From the NCBI RefSeq assembly GCF_001673315.1, contig NZ_LZLQ01000078.1:58578-90577 (forward strand): a stretch of DNA of 32,000 bases. Direction: 5' to 3'. Position 1 is the stretch's first letter, and each line of letters opens with the position of its first letter. The notes under the pieces are model-generated. The model was not told where the DNA came from. It ran no database searches and worked only from the letters and a program-made list of their open reading frames with translations. This document shows positions 22,795 to 32,000 of this stretch, in pieces. This DNA is from Mycobacterium asiaticum. GTDB lineage: Bacteria; Actinomycetota; Actinomycetes; Mycobacteriales; Mycobacteriaceae. A program made the translations under genes and the position numbers.

Positions 22795-24294
22795 GTGTCG
22801 TTTCTAGCCGTGGCTCCTGACTGGCTGTCGTTGGCCGCAGCGGACCTGGAAGGCATCGGATCTTCGCTGCATGCCGCGAGTGCGGCCGCGGCCGCTCCGA
22901 CCACCGGGCTGGCGGCTGCCGCGGCCGACGAGGTGTCCGCCGCGGTGGCGACGTTGTTCGGGGAGTTTGGCGACGAGTTCCAGTTGGTGAACGCCCGGGT
23001 GGCTGCGTTTCACCAGCAGTTCGTGCAGTCGCTGAATGCTGCGACGGGCTCGTACGCGTCTGCCGAGGCGGCGGCCGCGTCGGTGCTGGACCCCGTTTTC
23101 GATGTCATCAACGCGCCCACCCAAATTCTGTTAGGCCGGCCGCTGATCGGCGACGGAGCACCTGGTACTGCCGCGAATCCGAACGGTGGCGCCGGCGGGA
23201 TCTTGTGGGGTAACGGTGGCGCTGGTTACTCACCAACCACCCCGGGCGCAACAGGTGGCGCCGGCGGTGCGGCCGGTTTGATCGGCAACGGCGGCCCCGG
23301 TGGTACTGGTGGCGGTATCGCCGGAATTAACCGGGGGCTCGGCGGTCCCGGCGGGGCTGCCGGCCTGCTGTGGGGCAACCCCGGTTTCAGCGGTGCAGGT
23401 TTGGACGGTCGTACCGTCCCGATGCCGACGATCAACGTCACCGAGCCAGTCGTGAATCTTGCGGTGAACGGCCACAGCACCGGGCCAATACTGGTCGACA
23501 CTGGTTCCGCAGGACTCGTCGTTCAAATGAAAGACGTCGGCGGGCCGCTGGGGCTGCTGCGCATGGGCCTGCCGACCGGATTGAACGTCAGTGCCTACAG
23601 CGGCGGCCTGACGTACCTATACGCCACCTTCCCCACGACGGTGGACTTCGGAAACGGCCTGGTTACCGCGCCAACCGGCGTGAACGTCGTGCTCTTCTCG
23701 CTACCGACGTCGCCATTCGCGATCTCGGCGTACTTCACCGAGTTCTTGAAGAACCCGTTCACCACTCCATTCGACGCCTACTTCGCGACCGCGGGGGTGG
23801 ACGGTGTCTTGGGCGTTGGACCCAATGCGGTGGGCCCGGGGCCGAGCATTCCCAACATGGCATTGCCCGGCAACCTCAACCAAGGCGTCCTCGTCGATAT
23901 GGACAACGCGATACTTCGCTTTGGTCCCAACGACTATCAGAACCCGATCCCCTATGCCTCACTGAACGGCTCACCCATCACCACCCTCTACGTGCAAGTC
24001 GGTAACACCCCTGTCGTAGCCGTGCCTTCCATTGTCGACTCCGGCGGCGTGTATGGCACCATGCCCGCGTCGGTAATCGGCGGCGCTGGCGCGTTGCCCG
24101 CAGGCACGCAGATCACGGTCTACGCGGACTCCAACATGCAGAAGCCGTTGTACTCCTTCAACACGAACGGCCCTTATCAACCGACGGTTATTTCGTCAGG
24201 GCTGATGAACACGGGCTATCTGCCCTTCGCCAACCGTCCAATCTATATTGACTACACCACGCCCGGTGGTAGCACCATTGTTAATAACCCTTAA
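22795..24294 (+). CDS. PE family protein with a short Gly-rich (PGRS-like) linker and a C-terminal pepsin-like aspartic protease domain (PecA-type)
   Basis: 499 aa. The start is GTG, preceded by GGGGGG. The PE domain reads MSFLAVAPDWL..AA.DL.GIGS.L.AA.AAAA.PTTG...AAADEVSAA.A.LF......F......AFH..FV..L......YA..EA. The linker consists of GGAGG runs. The two catalytic-type motifs are ILVDTGSAGLVV and IVDSGGVYGTMP. Confidence 0.85.
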   Translation: MSFLAVAPDWLSLAAADLEGIGSSLHAASAAAAAPTTGLAAAAADEVSAAVATLFGEFGDEFQLVNARVAAFHQQFVQSLNAATGSYASAEAAAASVLDPVFDVINAPTQILLGRPLIGDGAPGTAANPNGGAGGILWGNGGAGYSPTTPGATGGAGGAAGLIGNGGPGGTGGGIAGINRGLGGPGGAAGLLWGNPGFSGAGLDGRTVPMPTINVTEPVVNLAVNGHSTGPILVDTGSAGLVVQMKDVGGPLGLLRMGLPTGLNVSAYSGGLTYLYATFPTTVDFGNGLVTAPTGVNVVLFSLPTSPFAISAYFTEFLKNPFTTPFDAYFATAGVDGVLGVGPNAVGPGPSIPNMALPGNLNQGVLVDMDNAILRFGPNDYQNPIPYASLNGSPITTLYVQVGNTPVVAVPSIVDSGGVYGTMPASVIGGAGALPAGTQITVYADSNMQKPLYSFNTNGPYQPTVISSGLMNTGYLPFANRPIYIDYTTPGGSTIVNNP

Positions 24295-24529
24295 TGCGTT
24301 GCGGGACTGACACTTCCGCACACCAGTCAGCACCGACCGCCAGCTGGTAGCCATCAGCGGGTTCGGCACTCTCTCCGCACCCTGAACCGACGCCGCGTTT
24401 ACTGGCACTCCCAACGGGTAACGCTAAGTCCACGTTCGCCATAGCGAAGAAAATCACGCTCTCGACTCTTCAGGCCGAACGTGGATAACATTTGTATTGC
24501 AGCGAAGCGAGTGTTTGGCCCGAGGCAAC

Positions 24530-25000
24530 ATGACGATGAAGTTCAAGGTTTTGGCCGTCTTCTCATTTTGCGCTGCTTTCACAACGGCTTTCGGCTCGCT
24601 TGCTGGCGTTACCGCCCACGCCGATGATTCCGCGCTCTACAACGGCATCAACCAGCTGCGCCAGACATGTGGGGCGATCGCCGATGACCCGCGTTTGACA
24701 GAAGCAGCGCAGCGGCACGCCAACGACATGTTGAAGAACGCGGTGGACGGCCATCTCGGTTCGGATGGCTCGCTCCCGCAGGCACGGATCGCGGAGGCCG
24801 GCTACCGGGCTGGCCGCACGGGAGAGATCGTCTATTGGGGCACCGGTTCTGCCGCGACTCCGACCGCCGCGCTCGACGGTTGGATGGCAAGTCCGCCACA
24901 CCAAGCGATCATCCTGAACTGCGCATTCACCGCTGGCGGCTTCGCCACAGCCCGGGACGGCAACAAGATGACTGCCGTCGGCGACTTCGCGGGTCTTTAA
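24530..25000 (+). CDS. secreted CAP/SCP (YkwD-like) domain protein
   Basis: Track ORF 24497..25000 starts at TTG. The ATG at 24530 gives MTMKFKVLAVFSFCAAFTTAFGSLAGVTAHA, a signal peptide. It is followed by N..R......L..D..L..AA..HA.DM......H.GSDGS....R....GY.....GE....G.......L.GWM.SP.H...IL, the CAP-domain pattern. Confidence 0.75.
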   Translation: MTMKFKVLAVFSFCAAFTTAFGSLAGVTAHADDSALYNGINQLRQTCGAIADDPRLTEAAQRHANDMLKNAVDGHLGSDGSLPQARIAEAGYRAGRTGEIVYWGTGSAATPTAALDGWMASPPHQAIILNCAFTAGGFATARDGNKMTAVGDFAGL

Positions 25001-25179
25001 CCCAACCGGCTCAAGCCATTTCGGGTCGTCATCGCTTCCGTGGCTGGCCCTGGATGAATGCAGGTGCGGAACGCCTCACAGTGCATGATCCAATGGCAAT
25101 ACGAACAGCGACGTGCAAGTCCCCAGTCCGCGCGTAGCGAGCCTTGCCAAGTGTCGGCGGCCTGACATAGGAGAACCGC

Positions 25180-26334
25180 ATGCTGCAGACGGTCGCGGTG
25201 CGCGGCTATCGCTCACTGCGCGAACTCATCCTGCCGCTGGGCCGGCTGTCCGTCGTCACCGGTGCGAACGGCACCGGCAAATCCTCGGTGTACCGCGCGC
25301 TGCGGCTACTGGCCGATTGCGGTCGCGGCGAGGTCATCGGTTCCCTGGCCCGGGAGGGCGGGCTGGAATCGGTGCTGTGGGCCGGGCCGGAGCAACTCGG
25401 CGGGGCCCGTCGGGAAGGCAAGGCCCAGGGCACTGCACGCACCCGGCCGGTATCCCTCGAACTTGGTTTTGCCGCAGATGATTTCGGTTACCTGGTCGAC
25501 CTAGGCATACCGCAGATGGCCGGCTATCGGTCGGCGTTCGCGCGTGACCCGGAAATCAAACGCGAAGCCTTGTTCGTCGGACCGGTACTGCGACCCGCCA
25601 CCACGCTGGTGCGACGCACCCGCGAATTCGCGGAAGTCAGCGGGGATTCGGGGTTCGAGGAGCTGTGCCGGACGCTGCCGGCGTACCGCAGCGTGCTCGC
25701 TGAATATGCTCACCCGCAAGCACTTCCGGAGCTTGCCGCCGTGCGGGAGCGGCTGCGCGGCTGGCGGTTCTACGACGGCTTTCGCGTCGACGCCGCCGCG
25801 CCCGCCCGCCAACCGCAAGTGGGGACCCGCACGCCGGTGCTGTCCGATGACGGCAGGGACCTAGCCGCTGCGATCCAGACGATCGTCGAGGCGGGCTTCG
25901 ACGACCTGAGCCGTATCGTCGCCGACGCATTCGACGGCGCCACCATCGCGGTCGATGTCAGCAACGGCCTGTTCGATCTTCAGCTGCAGCAGCGGGGCAT
26001 GTTGCGGCCACTGCGGTCAGCCGAATTGTCGGACGGGACACTGCGTTTCCTGCTCTGGGCCGCCGCGTTGCTCAGCCCGCAGCGACCGTCGCTCATGGTG
26101 CTCAACGAACCCGAAACCTCACTGCACCCCAGCCTGGTCGGTCCGCTGGCGTCGCTGATCCGTATCGCGGCCGAACACACCCAGGTGGTGGTGGTCACCC
26201 ATTCCGCATCGCTGCGCGAACTGCTCAACGACGACGACGCGGTCGAGATCGAACTGTACAAAGATTTCGGCGAAACGCGGATCACCGGTCAGGGTCTGCT
26301 GACGACGCCGCCGTGGGACTGGGGCAAACGGTAA
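25180..26334 (+). CDS. ABC/SMC-like AAA ATPase (RecF/OLD-type fold), no adjacent partner gene
   Basis: 384 aa. AGGAGA lies 5 nt upstream of the ATG. The N-terminus L..V.VRGYRSL.......L..L.V.TGANGTGKSS.Y.AL.LL contains the Walker A motif. The signature-like motif is LSDGTLRFL, Walker B is LMVLNEPETSLHP, and the H-loop region is VVVVTHS. Confidence 0.75.
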   Translation: MLQTVAVRGYRSLRELILPLGRLSVVTGANGTGKSSVYRALRLLADCGRGEVIGSLAREGGLESVLWAGPEQLGGARREGKAQGTARTRPVSLELGFAADDFGYLVDLGIPQMAGYRSAFARDPEIKREALFVGPVLRPATTLVRRTREFAEVSGDSGFEELCRTLPAYRSVLAEYAHPQALPELAAVRERLRGWRFYDGFRVDAAAPARQPQVGTRTPVLSDDGRDLAAAIQTIVEAGFDDLSRIVADAFDGATIAVDVSNGLFDLQLQQRGMLRPLRSAELSDGTLRFLLWAAALLSPQRPSLMVLNEPETSLHPSLVGPLASLIRIAAEHTQVVVVTHSASLRELLNDDDAVEIELYKDFGETRITGQGLLTTPPWDWGKR

Positions 26335-26337
26335 CGC

Positions 26338-26922
26338 TCAGCCCGAAGCCACCACCGACGCCGAATTCCACGGCGCCACAACGCCTCCCGACCTAGCTGC
26401 CTCCGGGAGATCGTCACTGACGTCCCACGTCGCCGAGAGACGTCCGATTCCCAGTCCAATCGCACAATGCAGGCCGAGTTCCACCAGTTGATCCTCGGTG
26501 AAGTGCTCGCGCAACTCGTCGTAGACCGCGTCGTCGATGGCCAGGTGGTCGGTGGCGAACAGCTCCGCAAAACGCAGGGCGGCCCGTTCGGCGGCGGACA
26601 GGTTCGCGGCTTCGGCGGGTCGCTCCAGTGAGCAGACCGCCGCCTCGTCGAGACCGTCGGCGACGGCGCTCTCATAACGCACCGCAATGCAGCTGCGGCA
26701 CTGGTTGAAGAAGGCGATACGCAACCGCACGAGTTCGAGAAGCCGGGGTGGCAAGGTCCCGTTGCCGCGCAGCGCGGCCGTCAGGTTGCCGACGGCTTCG
26801 GCCACGCCAGGAATGCGACTCATGATCGCTGCCACGCCAAGGTTGATCCGGTCTCCTTGAGCGAGGTCTTGCGTCGGGACATCAGCAAAGACCGCTGATC
26901 GCGCGATTCGAGGCACTGCCAT
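26338..26922 (-). CDS. carboxymuconolactone decarboxylase (AhpD-like) family protein
   Basis: This is the C-terminal 194 aa of track ORF 26338..27204(-), starting at the ATG at 26922 (MAVPRIARS). The sequence LP.RL.ELV.LR.AF.N.C.SC and the second half with ERAAL.FAE........D..Y..L...F.E.Q.VEL resemble CMD/AhpD-like proteins. The upstream extension would overlap the TetR gene. Confidence 0.8.
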   Translation of the reverse strand: MAVPRIARSAVFADVPTQDLAQGDRINLGVAAIMSRIPGVAEAVGNLTAALRGNGTLPPRLLELVRLRIAFFNQCRSCIAVRYESAVADGLDEAAVCSLERPAEAANLSAAERAALRFAELFATDHLAIDDAVYDELREHFTEDQLVELGLHCAIGLGIGRLSATWDVSDDLPEAARSGGVVAPWNSASVVASG

Positions 26923-27010
26923 CTCCCCTTCGATGCGGAATGTCTCTCTGAGTATCGCCCCAGTAGAGCCGCCGGCAAACCCGGCGCCAGTAATCTGTGC
27001 CACTCGATGA

Positions 27011-27040
27011 GTGCAAAGTGTGCATTTCGTGCAAATATTG
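27011..27040. promoter_or_regulatory. GTGCAAA direct repeats / TGCAAATAT motif in the CMD-TetR divergent region (candidate TetR operator)
   Basis: The sequence is gtgcaaagtgtgcatttcgtgcaaatattg. GTGCAAA occurs at 27011 and 27029, immediately upstream of the TetR ATG (27047). It shares the TGCAAA(A)TAT core with the palindrome at 27688..27704. Confidence 0.35.
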
Positions 27041-27046
27041 ATTGCT

Positions 27047-27655
27047 ATGTCGACCCAGTTAGGCCTGCGCGAGCGGCGCCGCCGCCAGACCAGTGCGGAC
27101 ATCCGCGGCGCTGCCGTGCGTTTGGCACAGGCGCGGGGCTGGGACAAGGTCACGATCGAGGAGATCTGCGTCCAGGCGGGAATCTCGACCCGCACGTTCT
27201 TCAACTACTTCCCGAACAAGGAAGCCGCGATCGCCTACGGCCCCTCTGACCTGCCGCCGGAGCTGGCCGCCGAGTTCGTCGCCGCCGGGCCGGCCCCCTA
27301 TTCGGTGGTGCTGGAAGAACTCATTACCCTTGCCGCACACCATCTGCGGGACATGCCGCCCGAGCGCGAGCAGGCGGTATGCATGCTGGATCTGGCTAAA
27401 ACGACACCGGCGGTGCTCGCGGCGTTCCTGGCAGATCTGGAACGGTTTCAGACGCACCTCACCGACATCGTCGCCCAACGCCAAGGCATGCGCGCCGATG
27501 ACGAAATTCCGGCATTGATCGCCGCTTTGGCGTTGACGGCCGTGCGTTCGGGTATAGAACGCTGGTCAAGCAGCGATTCGCAAGACGCCGGGGACACGCC
27601 GATGCCCTACGTCGAACGAGCTGCCGCGCTGGTCAACAGCATCTTTTCCACCTGA
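27047..27655 (+). CDS. TetR/AcrR family transcriptional regulator
   Basis: Track ORF 27011..27655. The ATG at 27047 gives MSTQLGLRERRRRQTSADIRGAAVRLAQARGWDKVTIEEICVQAGISTRTFFNYFPNKEAA, the TetR N-terminal HTH signature (T.E.I...AG.S.RTFF.YF..KE.A). Confidence 0.88.
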   Translation: MSTQLGLRERRRRQTSADIRGAAVRLAQARGWDKVTIEEICVQAGISTRTFFNYFPNKEAAIAYGPSDLPPELAAEFVAAGPAPYSVVLEELITLAAHHLRDMPPEREQAVCMLDLAKTTPAVLAAFLADLERFQTHLTDIVAQRQGMRADDEIPALIAALALTAVRSGIERWSSSDSQDAGDTPMPYVERAAALVNSIFST

Positions 27656-27687
27656 GGGCGTGACCAGCGACACACAAACTTGCATAG

Positions 27688-27704
27688 TCTGCAAAATATG
27701 CAGA
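27688..27704. promoter_or_regulatory. perfect inverted repeat TCTGCA-AAATA-TGCAGA, candidate operator upstream of mmpS-mmpL
   Basis: The arms are 6 bp and separated by 5 nt, in an AT-richer patch between the TetR stop (27655) and the mmpS start (27855). Confidence 0.45.
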
Positions 27705-27854
27705 TCATGTATCCATGGTTCGGCCGCTGCGCCCGACCATGCCTCGGTCCCCCGGGGCATTTTTCCACTGCACGTTCGAACACGTTGTGACGCAAGGCGA
27801 CTTGTCAGCACCACCAAGCGGGAAAGGGATCGGGCAGTTGTCAGTGAATGAGCG

Positions 27855-28283
27855 ATGACGAAGATCGTGCGCAACGCCTGGTTGCCGCTGTTGATCGTGG
27901 CCGTCGTGGTTATCGGCGGCTTTGCCGTGGCCCGCGTCAAGTCGTTTTACGCCCTCAATCAGGAGGACACGCTGACCAGCGCGAAGGTGGACGACTCGAA
28001 GCCGTTCAAACCCAAGGTCGTCAAGTACGAGATCTTCGGTTCGGCCGCCAGTGCCAATGTCAACTATCTGGATCTCAGTGCTTCACCGCAGCGCTTGGAC
28101 GACGCGCCGTTGCCCTGGACGTTGGTGCTTAGCACCACGGCGCCCTCAGTGTTCCCGAACATCTCCGCACAGAGCGACGGCAATTACCTCGGCTGCCGCA
28201 TCACCGTCGACGACGAAATCAAGGACGAGAAAACAGCCACCGGCGTGCACGCCCTGACTTCCTGCTTGGTGAAATCCGCATGA
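27855..28283 (+). CDS. mmpS: MmpS family membrane protein
   Basis: 142 aa. [28 protein letters not shown] is the N-terminal TM anchor. The size, the ..KVVKYEIFG....A.V.Y.D......... pattern and the C-terminal C...V.DE........G....C match MmpS. Its stop overlaps the mmpL ATG in an ATGA. Confidence 0.88.
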   Translation: MTKIVRNAWLPLLIVAVVVIGGFAVARVKSFYALNQEDTLTSAKVDDSKPFKPKVVKYEIFGSAASANVNYLDLSASPQRLDDAPLPWTLVLSTTAPSVFPNISAQSDGNYLGCRITVDDEIKDEKTATGVHALTSCLVKSA

Positions 28284-31186
28284 GCACAGCTACCCACGAC
28301 GCGCCGACCGATTCGATCCCGGTCACCAAACACGCTGCGCGCGGGGCGATCCCACGTTTCGTCCGTAAGTTCGCCCTGCTGATCATCCTGGGCTGGATCG
28401 CACTGATCGCGCTGCTGAACGTGGTCGTCCCCCAGCTTGACGAGGTCGGCAAGATGCGGTCGGTGTCGATGAGCCCCGACGACGCGCAATCGGTGATCGC
28501 GACCAAGCGCGTTGGCGAGGTGTTCAAGGAGTACAAGTCCAACAGCTCGGTGATGATCGTGCTGGAGGGCCAGAACGCGCTGGGCGCCGAGGCGCATGCC
28601 TACTACGACCAGATCGTCAAGAAGCTCGAAGCCGACCGCGCACACGTTGAGCACGTCCAAGACTTCTGGAGCGATCCCCTCACCGGGGCCGGCGCCCAGA
28701 GCAACGACGGCAAAGCCGCTTACGTCCAGGTCTACCTCGTCGGAAACATGGGCGAGACGAAGGCCAACGACTCGGTCGAAGCCGTCCAGAACATCGTGGA
28801 AGGAACCTCCCCACCCAAGGGGGTCAAGGCTTACGTCACCGGCCCTTCTGCGCTGGAAGCCGACCAGCATCTGGCCGGCGACCGCAGCCTGCAGGTGATC
28901 ACGGCCGTGACCTTCTTGGTCATCATCGCGATGCTGCTGATGGTCTACCGATCCGTCGTCACGGTGTTGCTTACGTTGGCGATGGTCGTGTTCGAGTTGG
29001 CCGCGGCCCGCGGTGCGGTCGCGTTCCTGGGCTACCACAAGATCATTGGGCTCTCCACGTTCGCCTGCAATCTGCTAGTGACCCTGGCGATTGCGGCCGC
29101 GACTGACTACGCGATCTTCCTGATCGGCCGATATCAGGAAGCCCGGGCCGTCGGTGAATCCCGAGAAGACGCCTACTACACCATGTTCGGCGGCACGGCC
29201 CACGTCGTGCTCGGCTCCGGCATGACCATCGCCGGCGCGACATTCTGCCTGCACTTCACCAACCTGCCCTATTTCCAGACGCTGGGCGTCCCGCTGGCCA
29301 TCGGCATGGTGGTGGTGGTGCTCGCAGCATTGACGCTTGGGCCCGCGGTCATCTCGGTGGCATCACGCTTCCGCCAGATTCTCGAGCCCAAACGCGCGCA
29401 ACGCATCCGCGGCTGGCGCAAGATCGGCGCCCTCGTCGTGCGGTGGCCGGGCCCAATCCTGGTCGTGACCATCGGGATTGCGCTCGTCGGTCTACTCACC
29501 CTGCCCGGATACCGAACGAACTACAACGACCGCAACTACCTGCCCGCCGATCTACCGGCGAACGCCGGCTATGCGGCCGCCGATCGACACTTCTCCAAGG
29601 CCCGGATGAACCCCGAGCTGCTGATGATCGAAAGTGACCACGATCTACGGAATTCCGCGGACTTCCTGGTCATCGACAAAATCGCGAAAGCGATCTTCCG
29701 GGTACCCGGAATCAGTCGCGTGCAGGCCATCACCCGGCCCGAGGGCACGCCGATCGAGCACACGTCGATCCCTTTCCAGATCAGCATGCAAGGCGTCAGC
29801 CAGCAGATGACGCAGAAGTACCAAGAAGACCAGATCGCCGACATGCTCAAGCAGTCCGACGAGATGCAGACGACCATCAACAGCATGGAGCAGATGCAGG
29901 ACATCACCGTGCAGATGGCCAACGACATGCACGTGATGGTCGGCAAAATGCACTCGATGACCATCGATGTCGCCGAGTTACGGGATCACATGGCCGATTT
30001 CGAGGACTTCTTCCGGCCCATCCGGTCGTACTTCTACTGGGAGAAGCACTGCTACGACATTCCGGTGTGCTTCTCGTTGCGCTCGGTGTTCGACGCCCTG
30101 GACGGCATCGACACGATGACCGACGACATCCAGAGCCTGCTGCCCGTCATGGATCACCTGGACACCCTGATGCCGCGGATGGTGGCGTTGATGCCCGAGA
30201 TGATCGCGAACATGAAGAACATGAAAACGATGATGCTGACCATGTATTCGACCCAGAAGGGTCTGCTGGAACAGCAACAGCGGGCACAGCGCGACTCCGC
30301 CGCCATGGGCAAGGCCTTCGACGCGTCCAAGAACGACGACTCGTTCTATCTGCCGCCGGAGACGTTCGACAACCCTGAATTCAAGAAGGGTATGAAGAAC
30401 TTCATCTCCCCCGACGGCCACGCCGTGCGTTTCATCATCAGCCATGACGGTGATCCGATGTCGGCAGAAGGTATTTCGCATATCGATGCGATCAAGAAGG
30501 CCAGCTACGAAGCCCTCAAGGGCACGCCGATGGAGGGTTCGAAGATCCTCCTCGGCGGAACGGCGGCCACCTTCAAGGACATGCAGGAAGGCAGCAACTA
30601 CGACCTGTTGATCGCCGGAATCGCCTCCATGTGCCTGATTTTCATCATCATGCTGATCCTGACCCGCAGTGTGGTGGCTTCAGCAGTCATCGTGGGCACC
30701 GTATTGCTCTCGCTGGGTGCATCTTTCGGCCTCTCAGTACTGATCTGGCAGCACCTCATCGGGATCGAGCTGCACTGGATGGTGCTGGCGATGTCGGTGA
30801 TCATCCTGCTGGCCGTGGGCGCCGACTACAACCTGCTACTGGTGTCCCGGTTCAAGGAAGAGATCCATGCCGGCTTGAACACCGGCATCATCCGGGCGAT
30901 GGGCGGCACCGGTTCCGTGGTCACGTCGGCGGGACTCGTGTTCGCCTTCACGATGATGACGATGGCCGTCAGTGAACTGACGGTGATCGGGCAGGTCGGT
31001 ACCACGATCGGGCTCGGCTTGCTGTTCGACACGCTGATCGTCCGGTCGCTGATGACGCCGTCGATCGCGGCACTGCTGGGCAAGTGGTTCTGGTGGCCGC
31101 AACGGGTCCGGCAGCGGCCCGTTCCGGCGCCGTGGCCGAAGCCTGCTCAGCGCGCCGAGAAGACGGAGTCTTTGGCCAACGCCTGA
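28280..31186 (+). CDS. mmpL: MmpL family RND transporter
   Basis: 968 aa. The sequence IPRF.R.FA..II..W......LN...PQL..VG, the two 6-TM bundles (..[14 protein letters not shown]; ..[14 protein letters not shown]) and the large periplasmic/coiled insert are typical of MmpL4/5-type proteins. Confidence 0.92.
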   Translation: MSTATHDAPTDSIPVTKHAARGAIPRFVRKFALLIILGWIALIALLNVVVPQLDEVGKMRSVSMSPDDAQSVIATKRVGEVFKEYKSNSSVMIVLEGQNALGAEAHAYYDQIVKKLEADRAHVEHVQDFWSDPLTGAGAQSNDGKAAYVQVYLVGNMGETKANDSVEAVQNIVEGTSPPKGVKAYVTGPSALEADQHLAGDRSLQVITAVTFLVIIAMLLMVYRSVVTVLLTLAMVVFELAAARGAVAFLGYHKIIGLSTFACNLLVTLAIAAATDYAIFLIGRYQEARAVGESREDAYYTMFGGTAHVVLGSGMTIAGATFCLHFTNLPYFQTLGVPLAIGMVVVVLAALTLGPAVISVASRFRQILEPKRAQRIRGWRKIGALVVRWPGPILVVTIGIALVGLLTLPGYRTNYNDRNYLPADLPANAGYAAADRHFSKARMNPELLMIESDHDLRNSADFLVIDKIAKAIFRVPGISRVQAITRPEGTPIEHTSIPFQISMQGVSQQMTQKYQEDQIADMLKQSDEMQTTINSMEQMQDITVQMANDMHVMVGKMHSMTIDVAELRDHMADFEDFFRPIRSYFYWEKHCYDIPVCFSLRSVFDALDGIDTMTDDIQSLLPVMDHLDTLMPRMVALMPEMIANMKNMKTMMLTMYSTQKGLLEQQQRAQRDSAAMGKAFDASKNDDSFYLPPETFDNPEFKKGMKNFISPDGHAVRFIISHDGDPMSAEGISHIDAIKKASYEALKGTPMEGSKILLGGTAATFKDMQEGSNYDLLIAGIASMCLIFIIMLILTRSVVASAVIVGTVLLSLGASFGLSVLIWQHLIGIELHWMVLAMSVIILLAVGADYNLLLVSRFKEEIHAGLNTGIIRAMGGTGSVVTSAGLVFAFTMMTMAVSELTVIGQVGTTIGLGLLFDTLIVRSLMTPSIAALLGKWFWWPQRVRQRPVPAPWPKPAQRAEKTESLANA

Positions 31187-31301
31187 TCTATGCCTTATCG
31201 GTGGCCTCAGGCATGGAGCCATCGGCGCGAGGTAAGGGATTGTCCGCGTACTGATTTCACAGCGGAGCGGATTTGTCGTACCCCCCTGTGATGATGGGGT
31301 T

Positions 31302-32000
31302 ATGTCTTCGGGTGCGTCGGCTGTGGTGAGTCCTAAAGAGCGCTTGGCGGTGTTGTTTGAGGAGTTGGCGGAGTTGGCCGGTCAGCGCAACGCGATTGAT
31401 GGGCAGATCGTGGAGATTGTGGCTGAGCTGGAGCGCGATGAGTTGTGTGGGATGACCGGGGCGCGTTCGGTGGAGTCGTTGGTGGCCTGGAAAACCGCTT
31501 CGTCTTCGGCTAATGCGAAAACGATCACCACCATCGCGCGCCGGGTGGAGGAGTTCCCGCGTTGTGTGCAGGGGATGCGCGAGGGCCGGTTCTCACTGGA
31601 TCAGGTCGGGGTCATCGCTTCTCGGGCCGGTGCGGGTTCGGATGAGCATTACGCGCAGTTGGCCGCGGTGGCCACGGTCAATCAGTTGCGTACCGCGGTC
31701 AACCTTGAACCGCGACCCGAACCTGAGCCGGTGGCGCCGCCGGCGCGGCCGGTGATCAGCAAGACCTCCGATGAGGCCGGCAGCTGCTACCGCATCAAGC
31801 TCGACCACCACGATGCCGCGAAATTCGATGCCGCCCTGGCTTCGCACCGCGACGCGCTGATCGCGGCGTGGAAACGCGACCACAACACCGGCAGCGGCAG
31901 CGGCGGCGCGGGTGTTTCCGAGTCCCGGCCGCCGCTGCCGGGCACCGCCGACGCGTTCCTGGCCCTGATCGAGGCCGGCTGGGACACCGTGCAGGTCCGC
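31302..32000 (+). CDS. DUF222 / HNH-endonuclease family protein of the mycobacterial REP13E12 repeat type, N-terminal 233 codons (runs off the right edge)
   Basis: The ATG is at 31302 and the frame stays open to the window end, so it is absent from the ORF track. MSSGASAVVSPKERLAVLFEELAELAGQRNAIDGQIVEIVAELERDELCGMTGARSVESLVAWK...FP.C...M.EGR.SLDQVGVIA is the characteristic DUF222 N-terminus of the 13E12 family. Confidence 0.8.
   Translation, partial: MSSGASAVVSPKERLAVLFEELAELAGQRNAIDGQIVEIVAELERDELCGMTGARSVESLVAWKTASSSANAKTITTIARRVEEFPRCVQGMREGRFSLDQVGVIASRAGAGSDEHYAQLAAVATVNQLRTAVNLEPRPEPEPVAPPARPVISKTSDEAGSCYRIKLDHHDAAKFDAALASHRDALIAAWKRDHNTGSGSGGAGVSESRPPLPGTADAFLALIEAGWDTVQVR

Noticed and set aside
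26923-27204. N-terminal 94-codon extension of the 288-aa CMD-family track ORF
   Set aside because: It would overlap the TetR gene and its promoter region. The sequence is Arg/Cys-rich, whereas the family domain starts right after the ATG at 26922.
1-32000. tRNA, rRNA or other canonical RNA genes in the intergenic gaps
   Set aside because: I scanned the gaps larger than 90 bp by eye and saw no cloverleaf-compatible sequence (no GTTCGAATC-type T-arm with a matching acceptor stem) and no rRNA-like stretch. A tRNAscan or Infernal run would be needed to be certain.

Overview
This is a high-GC actinobacterial chromosome segment, almost certainly a Mycobacterium. The evidence is a PE protein, a PPE protein, an MmpS/MmpL pair, a REP13E12-type DUF222 protein, a KasA-like synthase and Arr. 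I call about 34 protein-coding genes, and I found no rRNA, tRNA or CRISPR array. Left to right:
- Partial aldo/keto reductase and a CitE-like lyase.
- A cNMP-binding regulator and a small acidic protein, divergent from a SplB-family radical SAM gene plus an M42 peptidase.
- An FKBP isomerase and the rifampin ADP-ribosyltransferase Arr, which is divergent from a KasA-length ketosynthase paralog whose nucleophilic Cys is Asp.
- An ATP-grasp ligase plus serine hydrolase operon, divergent from a small Cys-rich secreted protein.
- An accessory-looking stretch (about 9.9-13.2 kb) with two MazEF-type toxin-antitoxin modules, a bestrophin channel, a tail-anchored small protein and an alpha/beta-hydrolase stump that is absent from the ORF track.
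- About 590 bp of non-coding DNA with repeated palindromes, followed by a translationally coupled DUF302/DsbA-like pair.
- A PPE gene with a near-perfect 474-bp internal tandem duplication.
- TesB, a GAF-ANTAR regulator, a COG0523 GTPase, and pntA (fused alpha subunit) with pntB.
- A PE protein with a C-terminal aspartic protease, a CAP-domain protein and an orphan ABC/SMC-like ATPase.
- A CMD-family protein divergent from a TetR regulator, then mmpS-mmpL, then a partial DUF222/HNH gene.

Four separate intergenic tandem-repeat (VNTR-like) loci are present. All functional calls come from reading the translations and recalling family motifs; no searches were run. The long ORFs antisense to real genes are treated as high-GC artefacts.
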